From an uncultured Alphaproteobacteria bacterium (GTDB lineage: Bacteria; Pseudomonadota; Alphaproteobacteria; Methylaequorales; Methylaequoraceae): a stretch of 64,000 nt of DNA. Under the pieces are notes generated by a model. That model had not been told where the DNA came from. It searched no databases and saw only the letters and a list, made by a program, of their open reading frames with translations. A program made the position numbers and the translations under genes. Each line of letters starts with the position of its first letter. The first letter of the stretch is position 1. The stretch lies in assembly GCA_902526865.1 (NCBI GenBank), contig CABZMK010000002.1, positions 17,534 to 81,533 on the forward strand, read 5' to 3'. Positions 1-9,361 of the stretch are shown here, one piece after another.

Positions 1-473
1 GAACCTGTGACTCCTTCTAAAAGAACTACTTTAAATTTTTTGAATGTTATCTCATCTAATTTATGCACAACTTCCTCTTGATTTGAATTAAGTTTTAGTT
101 TTTTTTCTTTAAATTTTTCAAAAACTTTATTTTTCGCTAAATGTGTTTTAGTTTCTCTCATTGGAAAATTTGATAAGAACATTTTTAAAATCATTGATGA
201 TTGGTTGCAGCTGTATTGTGAAATGAAATCTATGCTTTTCATAATTTCATTATTAAAGAATAAAGGATGAAGTACTTTATTAATTTCTTTTAGTGGTTTT
301 TTTAAGGATGTTGATTTTATCAAATTGATTACTAAACCAACAAGTACTTTGTTTTTAAAGTTAACCTCTACAAGAGAACCTTTAACAACAGCTTTGTGCG
401 CTTTATTAGAATTTGCTCCCGCATAATAAAAAGTTTTTTTAATTGGCAGAGGCAATAAAACTTCGAAAATCAT
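1..473 (-). CDS. priA: Primosomal replication protein N' (PriA helicase), N-terminal part; CDS runs off the left edge
   Basis: Not in the ORF track because there is no stop in the window. My reverse-complement translation from the ATG at 473-471 is open to position 1. It reads MIFEVLLPLPIKKTFYYAG...KVVLLEGVTGS, a PriA-like N-terminus that ends in the start of the Walker A motif (GVTGSGKT) at the edge. Confidence 0.7.
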   Translation of the reverse strand, partial: MIFEVLLPLPIKKTFYYAGANSNKAHKAVVKGSLVEVNFKNKVLVGLVINLIKSTSLKKPLKEINKVLHPLFFNNEIMKSIDFISQYSCNQSSMILKMFLSNFPMRETKTHLAKNKVFEKFKEKKLKLNSNQEEVVHKLDEITFKKFKVVLLEGVTG

Positions 474-542
474 ATAAAAATTATAACAAAATTTTTTATC
501 AATATATTGTTTAATATGTTTAATGAAATATTATTGTGTTAA

Positions 543-1202
543 ATGATTAAAAAAAAAATTAAAAATGAACAAGTCCTCGACTTTCTTGAAAAAAATCCAG
601 ATTTTTTTGTCAACAATCCAAATGCATTAGAAAAAATTAATTTTCCATTAAAAAATAATGCTGAATACGATGACAAACCAAAAGTTGTTCCCTTTAAAGA
701 TTGGATTATTGAAAATTTAAAAGATGTTCAAAAAAATATTATTGAAAATGCCCATCACAACTTTTTAACTCAACAAAAAATACATGAGTCAGTAATAGAA
801 ATACTCAGAATTGATAACGTCAAAGATGTATTTGTTTTTTTGACAGATGTGTTGCCAGGTAAATTTGATCTAGAGATAATTAATATCGTTACAAGCAATA
901 AAATTATTTCAAAAAAATATAATCTTATTTATAAAAATGAAGAAACAATAAAAAAAGTCTATGGGAAAAAAAATCAACTTATAATGGATGCTGTTGATAA
1001 TCAATTAAAAATATTTGAAGAATATAATCAAGATATTTACTCGAATGCAATTTATTCTCTTGGTTATGAATTCTTTAAAAGTAATTCTCTGTTAGTTTTT
1101 GGAAGTAAAGATAAACATTTTTTGAATAACAAAGCCTACGATTTTATTTTATTTTTTTCGAATATCGTTCAAGAAAAACTTAAACAATTTTCTTATGAAT
1201 AA
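543..1202 (+). CDS. DUF484 (YigA-like) family protein
   Basis: The N-terminus VLDFLEKNPDFFVNNPNAL matches the DUF484 signature. It overlaps the downstream xerC by 8 nt, which is the classic yigA-xerC arrangement. Confidence 0.6.
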   Translation: MIKKKIKNEQVLDFLEKNPDFFVNNPNALEKINFPLKNNAEYDDKPKVVPFKDWIIENLKDVQKNIIENAHHNFLTQQKIHESVIEILRIDNVKDVFVFLTDVLPGKFDLEIINIVTSNKIISKKYNLIYKNEETIKKVYGKKNQLIMDAVDNQLKIFEEYNQDIYSNAIYSLGYEFFKSNSLLVFGSKDKHFLNNKAYDFILFFSNIVQEKLKQFSYE

Positions 1203-2103
1203 ACAATTGAAATTATTTTTTGATAATTGGAAATCATGGATAGAAAATGAGAAAAGACTTGCTTTTAATACGTCGCAATCTTACTGCATTGATTTAAAAT
1301 CTTTTTTAAATTTTTTGAGTAATCACAATAATTTAAATGTTGACCTAAAAACAATTATCAATGTTGATGAGGATGACCTTTCTGGTTGGTTCTATGAAAG
1401 ATTAAAAAAAGGATTTAGTCACAGATCTAATGCGAGAGCTTTATCTTCATTAAAAAGTTTTTTTACTTTTCTAATTACAAAAAAACTAATTCATAGTTCA
1501 AAAATATTAAGAATTAAAGGACCAAAATTTTTAGAGTCTTTGCCAAGACCTTTGACTGAAAGTCAAACTTTAAAACTTTTGGACGATATAAAAATCGAGA
1601 AAGAAAAGTGGATTATGATGAGAAACCTCTCAGTGTTAATTCTCATGTGGGGATATGGTTTGAGAATCAGTGAAGTCCTTAACTTAAAATTAAAGGATAC
1701 CTATATGGAGGACATAAGAATTATAGGAAAAGGCGGTAAAATTAGAGCAATACCAATAGCAAGAGAAATTCAAATTTTTATAAAAAAAATGACAAAAGAG
1801 TGTCCTTACGAGTTTAAATCAGATGACTTTATTTTTTTGGGAAAAAAAGGAGGAAAATTAAAGCCAGAGATAATTCAAAGACTAGTGAGAAAAATTCGAT
1901 ATAGGTTAGTATTACCTGAGAATACAACCCCTCATTCTTTGCGGCATACTTTTGCTACAGAACTTTTACAAAATTTTGTAGATTTGCGATCAATTCAAGA
2001 ACTTCTTGGTCATTCTTCATTATCTACTACTCAAAAGTACACTTCTGTAAATAAGCATTACTTGAAAGAAATCCTTGAAAAAAATCATCCAAGTACAGAT
2101 TAG
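1195..2103 (+). CDS. xerC: Tyrosine site-specific recombinase XerC/XerD (chromosome dimer resolution)
   Basis: Contains HSLRHTFATELL and LLGHSSLSTTQKYT catalytic-box motifs and an N-terminal SAM-like core-binding domain. Paired with DUF484. Confidence 0.85.
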   Translation: MNKQLKLFFDNWKSWIENEKRLAFNTSQSYCIDLKSFLNFLSNHNNLNVDLKTIINVDEDDLSGWFYERLKKGFSHRSNARALSSLKSFFTFLITKKLIHSSKILRIKGPKFLESLPRPLTESQTLKLLDDIKIEKEKWIMMRNLSVLILMWGYGLRISEVLNLKLKDTYMEDIRIIGKGGKIRAIPIAREIQIFIKKMTKECPYEFKSDDFIFLGKKGGKLKPEIIQRLVRKIRYRLVLPENTTPHSLRHTFATELLQNFVDLRSIQELLGHSSLSTTQKYTSVNKHYLKEILEKNHPSTD

Positions 2104-2104
2104 T

Positions 2105-2629
2105 TTATGAAGTTTCGTATCTAAAGGTGAGTTTCATCTCGCCGGCAACTTTCACCATTTGCGATAAACATTGAGGAGCGTTTTCATCTCTTATAGATAT
2201 AGCGAATCTACAAATATATTGGGTTTTTTCACTGAAAGTGATTTTTTCAGTATTCATTCTTATTATCAAAGCATTATTTTCATTAAGTGTTTTTATTATT
2301 TTATTAAGAAGACCCTTTTGGTCTTCGCCAGATAATACTACGCGATGGGTGATTTTTGTCGTTGGCCCACCGTCAGAAAAAGCTTCTAAAGGTTTTACTT
2401 GGAAATCTCCATTCTTAGCTGATTGAAGTTTCTCAAGCTCGGATCTAATTTCGTTGATTTCTATTTTTTCTGATTTGTGATAAACCATTGTAAGTTCGCA
2501 TACCCTTCCAAGTGTAGCAAATGTAACACCAGAAAACTCTCCACCTTTATCTGTAAGGTAAGAAGTTATTTCTGAGATAAGGTTTGGTTTATTTTCGCCA
2601 AGAAAAGAAATTATTGCACTAGAACCCAT
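2105..2629 (-). CDS. Tandem ACT-domain protein, GcvR-like (glycine cleavage regulator family)
   Basis: Two ACT-like repeats (IISFLGENKPNLISEITSYLTDKGGE and VVLSGEDQKGLLNKIIKTLNENNALI) in 174 aa. Its start lies 2 nt after the sucD stop. Confidence 0.5.
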   Translation of the reverse strand: MGSSAIISFLGENKPNLISEITSYLTDKGGEFSGVTFATLGRVCELTMVYHKSEKIEINEIRSELEKLQSAKNGDFQVKPLEAFSDGGPTTKITHRVVLSGEDQKGLLNKIIKTLNENNALIIRMNTEKITFSEKTQYICRFAISIRDENAPQCLSQMVKVAGEMKLTFRYETS

Positions 2630-2631
2630 TT

Positions 2632-3507
2632 TTAAATTTTCATAGCCTTTCTCATAGCATGTCCGATAGTAGTAATGGTATCAGCGACAGTAACGCCTGC
2701 AGATTTTAAAGCTTCTTTTTTTGCATCTGCTGTTTCCGCGCCACTATTAACAATTGCTCCAGCATGACCTAACTTTCTTCCCTTTGGAGCAGCCGCACCA
2801 GCAACAAATGCTGCAACTGGTTTTTTTGTTTTTCCACTCCACGATTTTATAAATTCTGCTCCATCTATTTCAGCTGTTCCACCTATTTCTCCTATTAAAA
2901 CAATTCCGTCTGTTTCGTCGTCATCTAAAAACAACTCTAGGGCATCAACAAAATTTGTACCATTAACGGGGTCTCCACCTATACCAATTATTGTTGATTG
3001 TCCTAATTCTGCTGTTTGAACAGCTGATTCATATGACAATGTTCCAGATCTAGAAACTACGCCAATTCTTCCAGGTTTACAAATATGCCCTGGAATAATT
3101 CCAATTTTTCCAATTCCAGGAGTTAGAACACCAGGACAATTAGGACCGACTAACCTAGTCTTACACCCTTTCATCTCTCTTTTTACTCTTTGCATATCGC
3201 TTGTAGGAATTCCGTCTGTAATACAAACAACCAAATCAAGTTCTGCTTCAACTGCTTCAAGTATAGCGTCAGCTGCAAAAGGAGGAGGAACAAAAACACC
3301 ACTTGCATTACATCCAGTTTTTTTTTTGGCTTCTGCGACTGTATTGAATACAGGAACATTAAGGTGTTTTGTACCACCTTTTTCAGGTGTAACTCCACCA
3401 ACAATGTTAGTGTTATAATCTATAGCTCTTTCTGAATGAAATGTTCCCTGAGCCCCTGTAAATCCCTGACAGATTACTTTAGATTCTTTTGTGAGTAAAA
3501 CAGCCAT
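2632..3507 (-). CDS. sucD: Succinyl-CoA synthetase subunit alpha
   Basis: Canonical N-terminus [17 protein letters not shown]. The phosphohistidine loop GHAGAI is present. Confidence 0.97.
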   Translation of the reverse strand: MAVLLTKESKVICQGFTGAQGTFHSERAIDYNTNIVGGVTPEKGGTKHLNVPVFNTVAEAKKKTGCNASGVFVPPPFAADAILEAVEAELDLVVCITDGIPTSDMQRVKREMKGCKTRLVGPNCPGVLTPGIGKIGIIPGHICKPGRIGVVSRSGTLSYESAVQTAELGQSTIIGIGGDPVNGTNFVDALELFLDDDETDGIVLIGEIGGTAEIDGAEFIKSWSGKTKKPVAAFVAGAAAPKGRKLGHAGAIVNSGAETADAKKEALKSAGVTVADTITTIGHAMRKAMKI

Positions 3508-4676
3508 TATTTATTTTCTTCAACCATTTTTACAACATCTTGTGCAGCTTGTTCCATAGTATCAACAGGTTTAATTGGAAATCCAGAATTTATTAGTATA
3601 TCTTTACCCATATCGACGTTTGTTCCCTCAAGCCTTACTACTAGTGGTTTATTAAGTCCAACTTCTTTTGAAGCATTTACGAGCCCAGTTGCTATGTCGT
3701 TGCACCTCATCATTCCACCAAAAATATTGATTAAAATACCCTGAACATCTGGGTCTTTATAAATAAGTTTAAAGGCAGCTGCAACTCTTTCAGGTGTTGC
3801 AGCTCCTGCTACATCCATAAAGTTTGCAGCTTCTCCTCCATAATATTTAATAATATCCATAGTAGCCATTGACAACCCCGCTCCATTGACCATTAATCCT
3901 ATATTTCCATCCAATTTTACATAATTTAAATCATGACGTGCTGCTTCTAACTCTAACGGGTCATACTCATTTTCATCTTTCATTTCTGCTACAATTCTTT
4001 GTCTATAAAGTGCGTTATCATCAAAAGAAGCTTTACAATCCAGAATTACTACATCTTCATTTTTGGTTACAGCAAATGGATTTATTTCAATCATGGCAGC
4101 ATCCAGTGATACGAATGCTTTATAAACTGCGAGTATATTTTTTTGAGCTTTTTTAGCAACTGCTCCTTTTAGACCAAGATTATAGACTATAGTTCTTGCA
4201 TGATGGGTAAGCAAATCAGAACCTGGAGCTATTTTCATATTATGTATTTCATCAGGAGTTTTCTCTGACACCTCTTCGATATTTTCTCCACCTTTTCTAG
4301 AAAAAATAATCGTGTTCCCTCCGGTTTCTCTATCTACAGTGATACATAGATAAAGTTCTTTTTGAATATCATACCCTTTTTCTAAATAAACCCTTCTTAC
4401 TGTTTTTCCTGATTCTGACGTTTGCGGAGTAATAATCTTCATTCCAATCATTTTATCAACTGTTTTAATAACTTCTTCGTCTCCAGAACATACTTCAATT
4501 CCGCCAGCCTTTCCCCTACCTCCAGCGTGAACCTGTGCTTTTACAACAATTTTATCCTCGTTGAGCCAAGATACTATATTCTCTGCTTCGTGTGTTTGAT
4601 ACACTACTTCGCCTGGAGGCACGTTTACACCAAATTTAGTGAGAAGTTGTTTTGCTTGATATTCGTGAATGTCCAT
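3507..4676 (-). CDS. sucC: Succinyl-CoA synthetase subunit beta
   Basis: Contains [12 protein letters not shown] and an ATP-grasp region. It overlaps the sucD start by 1 nt. Confidence 0.97.
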   Translation of the reverse strand: MDIHEYQAKQLLTKFGVNVPPGEVVYQTHEAENIVSWLNEDKIVVKAQVHAGGRGKAGGIEVCSGDEEVIKTVDKMIGMKIITPQTSESGKTVRRVYLEKGYDIQKELYLCITVDRETGGNTIIFSRKGGENIEEVSEKTPDEIHNMKIAPGSDLLTHHARTIVYNLGLKGAVAKKAQKNILAVYKAFVSLDAAMIEINPFAVTKNEDVVILDCKASFDDNALYRQRIVAEMKDENEYDPLELEAARHDLNYVKLDGNIGLMVNGAGLSMATMDIIKYYGGEAANFMDVAGAATPERVAAAFKLIYKDPDVQGILINIFGGMMRCNDIATGLVNASKEVGLNKPLVVRLEGTNVDMGKDILINSGFPIKPVDTMEQAAQDVVKMVEENK

Positions 4677-4779
4677 TCTTTAATTTCCAAAAAAGTTAAT
4701 AAATCTAAAGCATTCCAATTTGTTACGTAATTGTTATATAATTACTATATAGGCGGCTAGCATATTTGAATTTAACAGA

Positions 4780-5727
4780 TTACACCAGTAATTTTTTACA
4801 TTTTTTAACCAATTGCTCAACTGCGTCAACTGATTTTTGCAATTCTTTTTTGGATTGATTTGATAAATCCAGTTCAATGATTTTTTCAATACCTTTTTCA
4901 CCTATTATAACTGGCACACCAACAAATAGTTCTTTAACTCCATATTCCCCATTTAAAAAAGCAGAACAAGGTAATATTTTTTTTTGATCGTAAAGATAAG
5001 ATTCAAGCATTTCAATAGCACTACATGCAGGTGAATAGAAAGCTGAACTATTTTTCATTAATGACACAACCTCTCCCCCTCCATTTCGTGTTCTATCAAC
5101 AATTTCTTCTAATTTTTTTTTTTTAATATTACTTTTTTCAATAAATTTTTTAATTGGAATACCTCCAACAGAAGTAAAATCTAAAAGAGGTACCATTGTG
5201 TCTCCGTGTCCTCCAAGAACCATTGTTTGAATACTTTCTACAGAAATATTTAACTCTTGTGATAAGAAAAACCTAAATCTGGCTGAGTCTAAAATTCCTG
5301 CCATCCCTGTGATCATGTTTGGTTTTATTCCTGAAATCTCCCTTAAACTCCATACCATCGCATCAAGAGGATTTGTTACACAAATAACAAATGACGATGG
5401 AGAAAATTTCTTAATAGCTTTTCCTATTTCATTCATGATAGAAAAATTTGTTTCTATTAAATCATCTCGGCTCATACCTGGTTTTCTTGCAATCCCGGCT
5501 GTTATAATGATCACTGCACTATCTTTAATTGCTGAAATGTCAGTTGTTCCCTCGATTTTTATATTAAGATTCTCAATTGGAAGACTCTGGGAGAGGTCAA
5601 GACACTTTCCTTTTGCAAGCCCATCCACCACATCAACCATTGTTATAGGACCAATTTGTTTGCGACTTAAGTTGTAGGCTAATATTGTCCCAATATTTCC
5701 AGCGCCTATTAGACTTATTTTGTTCAA
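4780..5727 (-). CDS. mdh: Malate dehydrogenase (LDH-like type)
   Basis: Has the Rossmann motif KISLIGAGNIGT and the GGHGD catalytic region. The mdh-sucCD synteny is typical of alphaproteobacteria. Confidence 0.95.
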   Translation of the reverse strand: MNKISLIGAGNIGTILAYNLSRKQIGPITMVDVVDGLAKGKCLDLSQSLPIENLNIKIEGTTDISAIKDSAVIIITAGIARKPGMSRDDLIETNFSIMNEIGKAIKKFSPSSFVICVTNPLDAMVWSLREISGIKPNMITGMAGILDSARFRFFLSQELNISVESIQTMVLGGHGDTMVPLLDFTSVGGIPIKKFIEKSNIKKKKLEEIVDRTRNGGGEVVSLMKNSSAFYSPACSAIEMLESYLYDQKKILPCSAFLNGEYGVKELFVGVPVIIGEKGIEKIIELDLSNQSKKELQKSVDAVEQLVKKCKKLLV

Positions 5728-5748
5728 AATTCCACCTTTGATAGGATT

Positions 5749-6597
5749 TTATATTATGTCCAAACCAATATCCACTGAATTAGCGGAATTGGTTATTTTT
5801 CCTGTAGAAATATAATCTGCACCCAAATTTGAAAATTTTGAAATATTATTAATAGAAATACCACCCGTAATTTCAAATTCAATATTCTTGTTATTTCTTA
5901 GTTTTATACAGTTTTGTATCTCTTTAGGCCTCATATTATCGAGAAGAATATATTTGGCTCCCATACCAATTGATTTTTTAACTTCATCAATATTTTCGCA
6001 TTCAATTTGAAATTTTTGTTTTTTTTCATTTAATTTTGATAGTGCAGTTTCAATTTTTCCTAATGCCTTTATATGATTATCTTTTACAAGAATCTGATCA
6101 AACAACCCCATCCTATGATCAATGGCACCTCCAATAACTGTTGCATATTTTTCGAATATTCTTAATCCAGGAGTTGTTTTCCTCGTGTTTTTTAATTTGG
6201 TTTTAGTTGAATTCATCGCTAAAATAAATTTATGTGTAAGTGTTGAAATGCTTGAGAGGTGTTGTAAAAAATTTAAAACTGTTCGTTCAGTTGCTAGAAT
6301 CACTTTTGAGTTACCGGATATACTGAAGATTTTAGAATTTTTTTTTAATTTTGCTCCATCTTTATAAAAAGATTGAATTTTAATTTTGGGAAATTTCTTT
6401 TTAAAGAAGTATCTAACGAATTCTGCTCCACATAAAATAATATTTTCTCTGTTCGATATTTCACATTTAAATTCAGAACTGTCATCTAGAAGATAATTTG
6501 TAGTAATATCATTTTTTATATTTTTTCCATTAAGATCATATTTTAGTTCACTGCAAAGTTTTTCAAAAGATTCTTTGAGAATTTTCTTATTAGGCAC
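5749..6597 (-). CDS. nadC: Nicotinate-nucleotide pyrophosphorylase (quinolinate phosphoribosyltransferase)
   Basis: Contains an ILVKDNHI motif, is 282 aa long, and is adjacent to nadA. Confidence 0.85.
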   Translation of the reverse strand: MPNKKILKESFEKLCSELKYDLNGKNIKNDITTNYLLDDSSEFKCEISNRENIILCGAEFVRYFFKKKFPKIKIQSFYKDGAKLKKNSKIFSISGNSKVILATERTVLNFLQHLSSISTLTHKFILAMNSTKTKLKNTRKTTPGLRIFEKYATVIGGAIDHRMGLFDQILVKDNHIKALGKIETALSKLNEKKQKFQIECENIDEVKKSIGMGAKYILLDNMRPKEIQNCIKLRNNKNIEFEITGGISINNISKFSNLGADYISTGKITNSANSVDIGLDII

Positions 6598-6603
6598 AAT
6601 ATT

Positions 6604-7548
6604 TTAGCTTAATTTTAACATTGTGTTTAAGGGTTTTTTTGCCTTCAAAATTAATTCGTTATCAATATTAATCTCCGGTGATAAGTTTAGTAAACAATCT
6701 CTAAGTTTTTCTAAAGTATTAAGTTCCATGTAAGGACAATTGGAGCAAGAGCATTTTCCATCATTGCCTGGAGCTATTAAGAATTCTTTGTTAGGCTCAT
6801 TTTTTTTCATCTGATGGATAATATGAGGTTCTGTTGCAACTATAAATCTTTTACTTTCGTTCGTTGAAATAAATCTCAGTAGGGAAGAGGTTGAACCTAT
6901 AAAATTAGCATGATTAAGAATATTTTCAGGACACTCTGGATGGGCTATAATTTTTGCATCATCTGCTCTAACTTTCATTTTGATTAACTCTCTTTCAGAA
7001 AATGTTTCGTGAACTATACAGGTGCCGTTCCAAAGCACCATATCCCTTCCTGTAATCTTGTTGAGGTATCCTCCAAGATGTTTATCTGGAGCAAAAATAA
7101 TCTTTTGTTTAGCAGGCATGCTTTCTATAATTTTTCCAGCATTAGATGATGTTACAATTATATCTGATTCAGCTTTTATTTCTGCAGAACAATTTATATA
7201 TGACAAAACAATGTGATCGGGATACTTTTTTTTGAATTTTCGGAATTCATTTACTTGACAGGATTCTTCTAAAGAACAACCTGCATTCATATCTGGAAGA
7301 ATAACCTTCTTATGAGGACTTAATATCTTAGCTACTTCAGCCATAAATCTAACTCCACAAAAAACGATTACATCAGCATCATTTTTTTGAGCTTTTTTTG
7401 ATAGATCAAGAGAGTCACCAATAAAATCAGCTATATCTTGTATATCTTCATCTTGATAAAAATGAGAAAGAATAATGGCATTATTTTTCTTTTTTAAGAA
7501 ATTTATTTCATCTTCAATATCTTTAAAATTTTGTTGTAAAGATTTCAT
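6604..7548 (-). CDS. nadA: Quinolinate synthase
   Basis: Contains HFYQDEDIQDIADFIGDSLDLS and conserved Cys residues for the 4Fe-4S cluster. Confidence 0.92.
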   Translation of the reverse strand: MKSLQQNFKDIEDEINFLKKKNNAIILSHFYQDEDIQDIADFIGDSLDLSKKAQKNDADVIVFCGVRFMAEVAKILSPHKKVILPDMNAGCSLEESCQVNEFRKFKKKYPDHIVLSYINCSAEIKAESDIIVTSSNAGKIIESMPAKQKIIFAPDKHLGGYLNKITGRDMVLWNGTCIVHETFSERELIKMKVRADDAKIIAHPECPENILNHANFIGSTSSLLRFISTNESKRFIVATEPHIIHQMKKNEPNKEFLIAPGNDGKCSCSNCPYMELNTLEKLRDCLLNLSPEINIDNELILKAKKPLNTMLKLS

Positions 7549-7556
7549 TAATTTTA

Positions 7557-8690
7557 CTAATCTGTCGTTAAATTTTTATTAATATATTTATTGGTTCCCA
7601 TTTCCTTAAGCCTAGATATAGTTCTTTTAAATTCAGAGGAATTTGTATTTCCTATATATAATTCATCTAATCCTACATTGGAAGAGATAGAAAGTATATT
7701 TTTATTCTCATACAAAACGTCAATAAAAGAAATGAACCTTGCTAATATATTTTTTTTACTTTCATCTATTTGTTTGATATTTCTGAGTACAAAGATTTTA
7801 ATCTTTTTTGCTATTAAATTATAATCTTGAAACTCTAGATTTTTTTCAAAAAAATCATCAAATTCTAAATCTATCAGATTTCCATAAACTTTTGTTAATT
7901 TAAAAGAATTTCCTTTTCGCTTAAATTCAATCTGTTTTGATGATCTTTCACTTGAAAATTCACTAACGATGTAATTTTGTTTTATAATTTTTTTTTTTTT
8001 TTTTATTAGAAAAAAATCATGATCTATAGCTTTTCCAGCCCTGTAGTCATTTCTTGATTTTACTTTGAAAATTAAAAAAAAAGCTTTTAGTTCATTTTTT
8101 ATTTTTTCACATAATTTAGGATTAACAAGGTCATTGTAGACGGTTTCAAGACTTTTATTTCCATTCATAATAATTTTAGTGTTATTAAATTTAATTTCTT
8201 CTACAAATTTTCTGAACAAAATAAAACTAGTAAGATTATTTATGAAGAACTCGTCGATTAATATTAGTTTTTTTCTTTTGATATTTTTTAGGTAAATTAA
8301 GTTTTTCTCGCTTCTCGACTGAAGTTTAAAAATTAGATCATTGAAGTGTAATATCTCTGATTGAGGGTATATTTTTTTTAAAGCCTTAATAATTACGGAT
8401 TTTCCTACCCCAACCGAGCCGTGAATATATAAACCGTTTTTTGAGTTTTTTTTTAATGTAAGAAGTCTAGGTTTGGAAAAATCAGAGATAAACTCTTGAA
8501 TTTTTGAAACGACAGCTAACTGACAAGAGTTCGGATGTATTTTAGTTACGTTTGTTAAATGAGATATAAGTTTAGAACTTAGGTTTTTCAAAATTATGAT
8601 GAGACTTGAAGCTTTTTTATTTCTGAGATAGCTTTTGCAGGATTCAGATTTTTGGGACAAGTTTTTGTGCAATTCATAATTGTATGACAC
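7557..8690 (-). CDS. zapE: AFG1-family ATPase (ZapE)
   Basis: Has Walker A GSVGVGKS and Walker B LILIDEF, with AFG1-like length. The tracked ATG at 8690 overlaps sdhB by 97 nt. An in-frame TTG near 8588-8590 is an alternative start. Confidence 0.78.
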   Translation of the reverse strand: MSYNYELHKNLSQKSESCKSYLRNKKASSLIIILKNLSSKLISHLTNVTKIHPNSCQLAVVSKIQEFISDFSKPRLLTLKKNSKNGLYIHGSVGVGKSVIIKALKKIYPQSEILHFNDLIFKLQSRSEKNLIYLKNIKRKKLILIDEFFINNLTSFILFRKFVEEIKFNNTKIIMNGNKSLETVYNDLVNPKLCEKIKNELKAFFLIFKVKSRNDYRAGKAIDHDFFLIKKKKKIIKQNYIVSEFSSERSSKQIEFKRKGNSFKLTKVYGNLIDLEFDDFFEKNLEFQDYNLIAKKIKIFVLRNIKQIDESKKNILARFISFIDVLYENKNILSISSNVGLDELYIGNTNSSEFKRTISRLKEMGTNKYINKNLTTD

Positions 8691-9352
8691 CTATAAAGTT
8701 TAAACTTATCTTTAAGTTCATTAAGTCTTTGTTTTTTATTTTTGTCCCTACTATCTACAATAAATCTGTAAGCTTGAAGCAATATAGCTGGACCTAGAAA
8801 TTTATCTCCGTTCCACCAGTAGCTTGGACAAGATGTTGAGCAACAAGCACAGAGTACACATTCATATAATCCATCTAGTTTTTTTCGGTCTTCGGGAGAT
8901 TGCAAATTTTCTTTTTTTGAAGTTGTTTTATTTTTAAGCCATGGTTGGATAGACTCATATTGTTTATAAAAGTCACTCATGTCTGGGATTAAGTCTTTAA
9001 GTACTCTCATATGTGGGAGAGGGTAAATATTAATTTCTTTACCAACAATTGGTTTCAAACAAGCTAGAGTATTTGTACCATTCACGTTCATTGAGCATGA
9101 TCCGCATATACCCTCCCTGCATGATCTCCTAAATGTAAGTGATGGATCTATCTTGTTTTTTATAAACATAAGGGCGTCTAAAACCATTGGACCTAATTTT
9201 GATTTATCTATAAAAAATTTATCTATTTTTGGATTTTCGCCAGATTCTCTGTTCCATCTATAAACATTGAATACGATTTTATTTTTTCCGTCATTTCCGA
9301 AAGTTTTTCCTTCTGAAACCTTGGAGTGTTGAGGTAATGATAATTGTACCAT
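8594..9352 (-). CDS. sdhB: Succinate dehydrogenase iron-sulfur subunit
   Basis: Contains [15 protein letters not shown] (2Fe-2S) and CxxCxxCxxxCP clusters. Confidence 0.96.
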   Translation of the reverse strand: MVQLSLPQHSKVSEGKTFGNDGKNKIVFNVYRWNRESGENPKIDKFFIDKSKLGPMVLDALMFIKNKIDPSLTFRRSCREGICGSCSMNVNGTNTLACLKPIVGKEINIYPLPHMRVLKDLIPDMSDFYKQYESIQPWLKNKTTSKKENLQSPEDRKKLDGLYECVLCACCSTSCPSYWWNGDKFLGPAILLQAYRFIVDSRDKNKKQRLNELKDKFKLYRCHTIMNCTKTCPKNLNPAKAISEIKKLQVSS

Positions 9353-9361
9353 AATTATAAA

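Noticed and set aside
1195-2103. Tyrosine recombinase as a marker of an integrated mobile element or genomic island
   Set aside because: It has XerC/XerD-type motifs, is translationally coupled to DUF484 (the yigA-xerC arrangement), and is flanked by priA and sucD-side housekeeping genes. There is no tRNA, direct repeat or phage gene nearby. I take it to be the chromosomal dimer-resolution recombinase.
4677-4779. mdh-sucC spacer as a riboswitch or structured RNA
   Set aside because: It is only 103 nt and contains only weak all-A/T dyads (tatata-n5-tatata) and a GCTAGC palindrome. Nothing resembles the glycine or SAM riboswitches known from SAR11. It is more likely an internal promoter and ribosome-binding region.
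5309-5677. Other antisense or alternate-frame ORFs of 100-125 aa (for example 5309-5677, 9693-10052, 10700-11032, 14182-14532, 15114-15446, 16233-16565, 19920-20249, 32220-32597, 33812-34129, 42099-42440)
   Set aside because: Each is fully embedded in a confidently identified conserved gene on the other strand or in another frame. The products are hydrophobic or low-complexity mirror sequences with no recognisable motifs.
8594-8690. sdhB-zapE 97-nt overlap as a programmed frameshift or fusion site
   Set aside because: I saw no slippery heptamer, and both proteins are complete on their own. The simplest explanation is a non-ATG (TTG) start for zapE at the sdhB stop. It is kept as a start-site question, not a recoding event.
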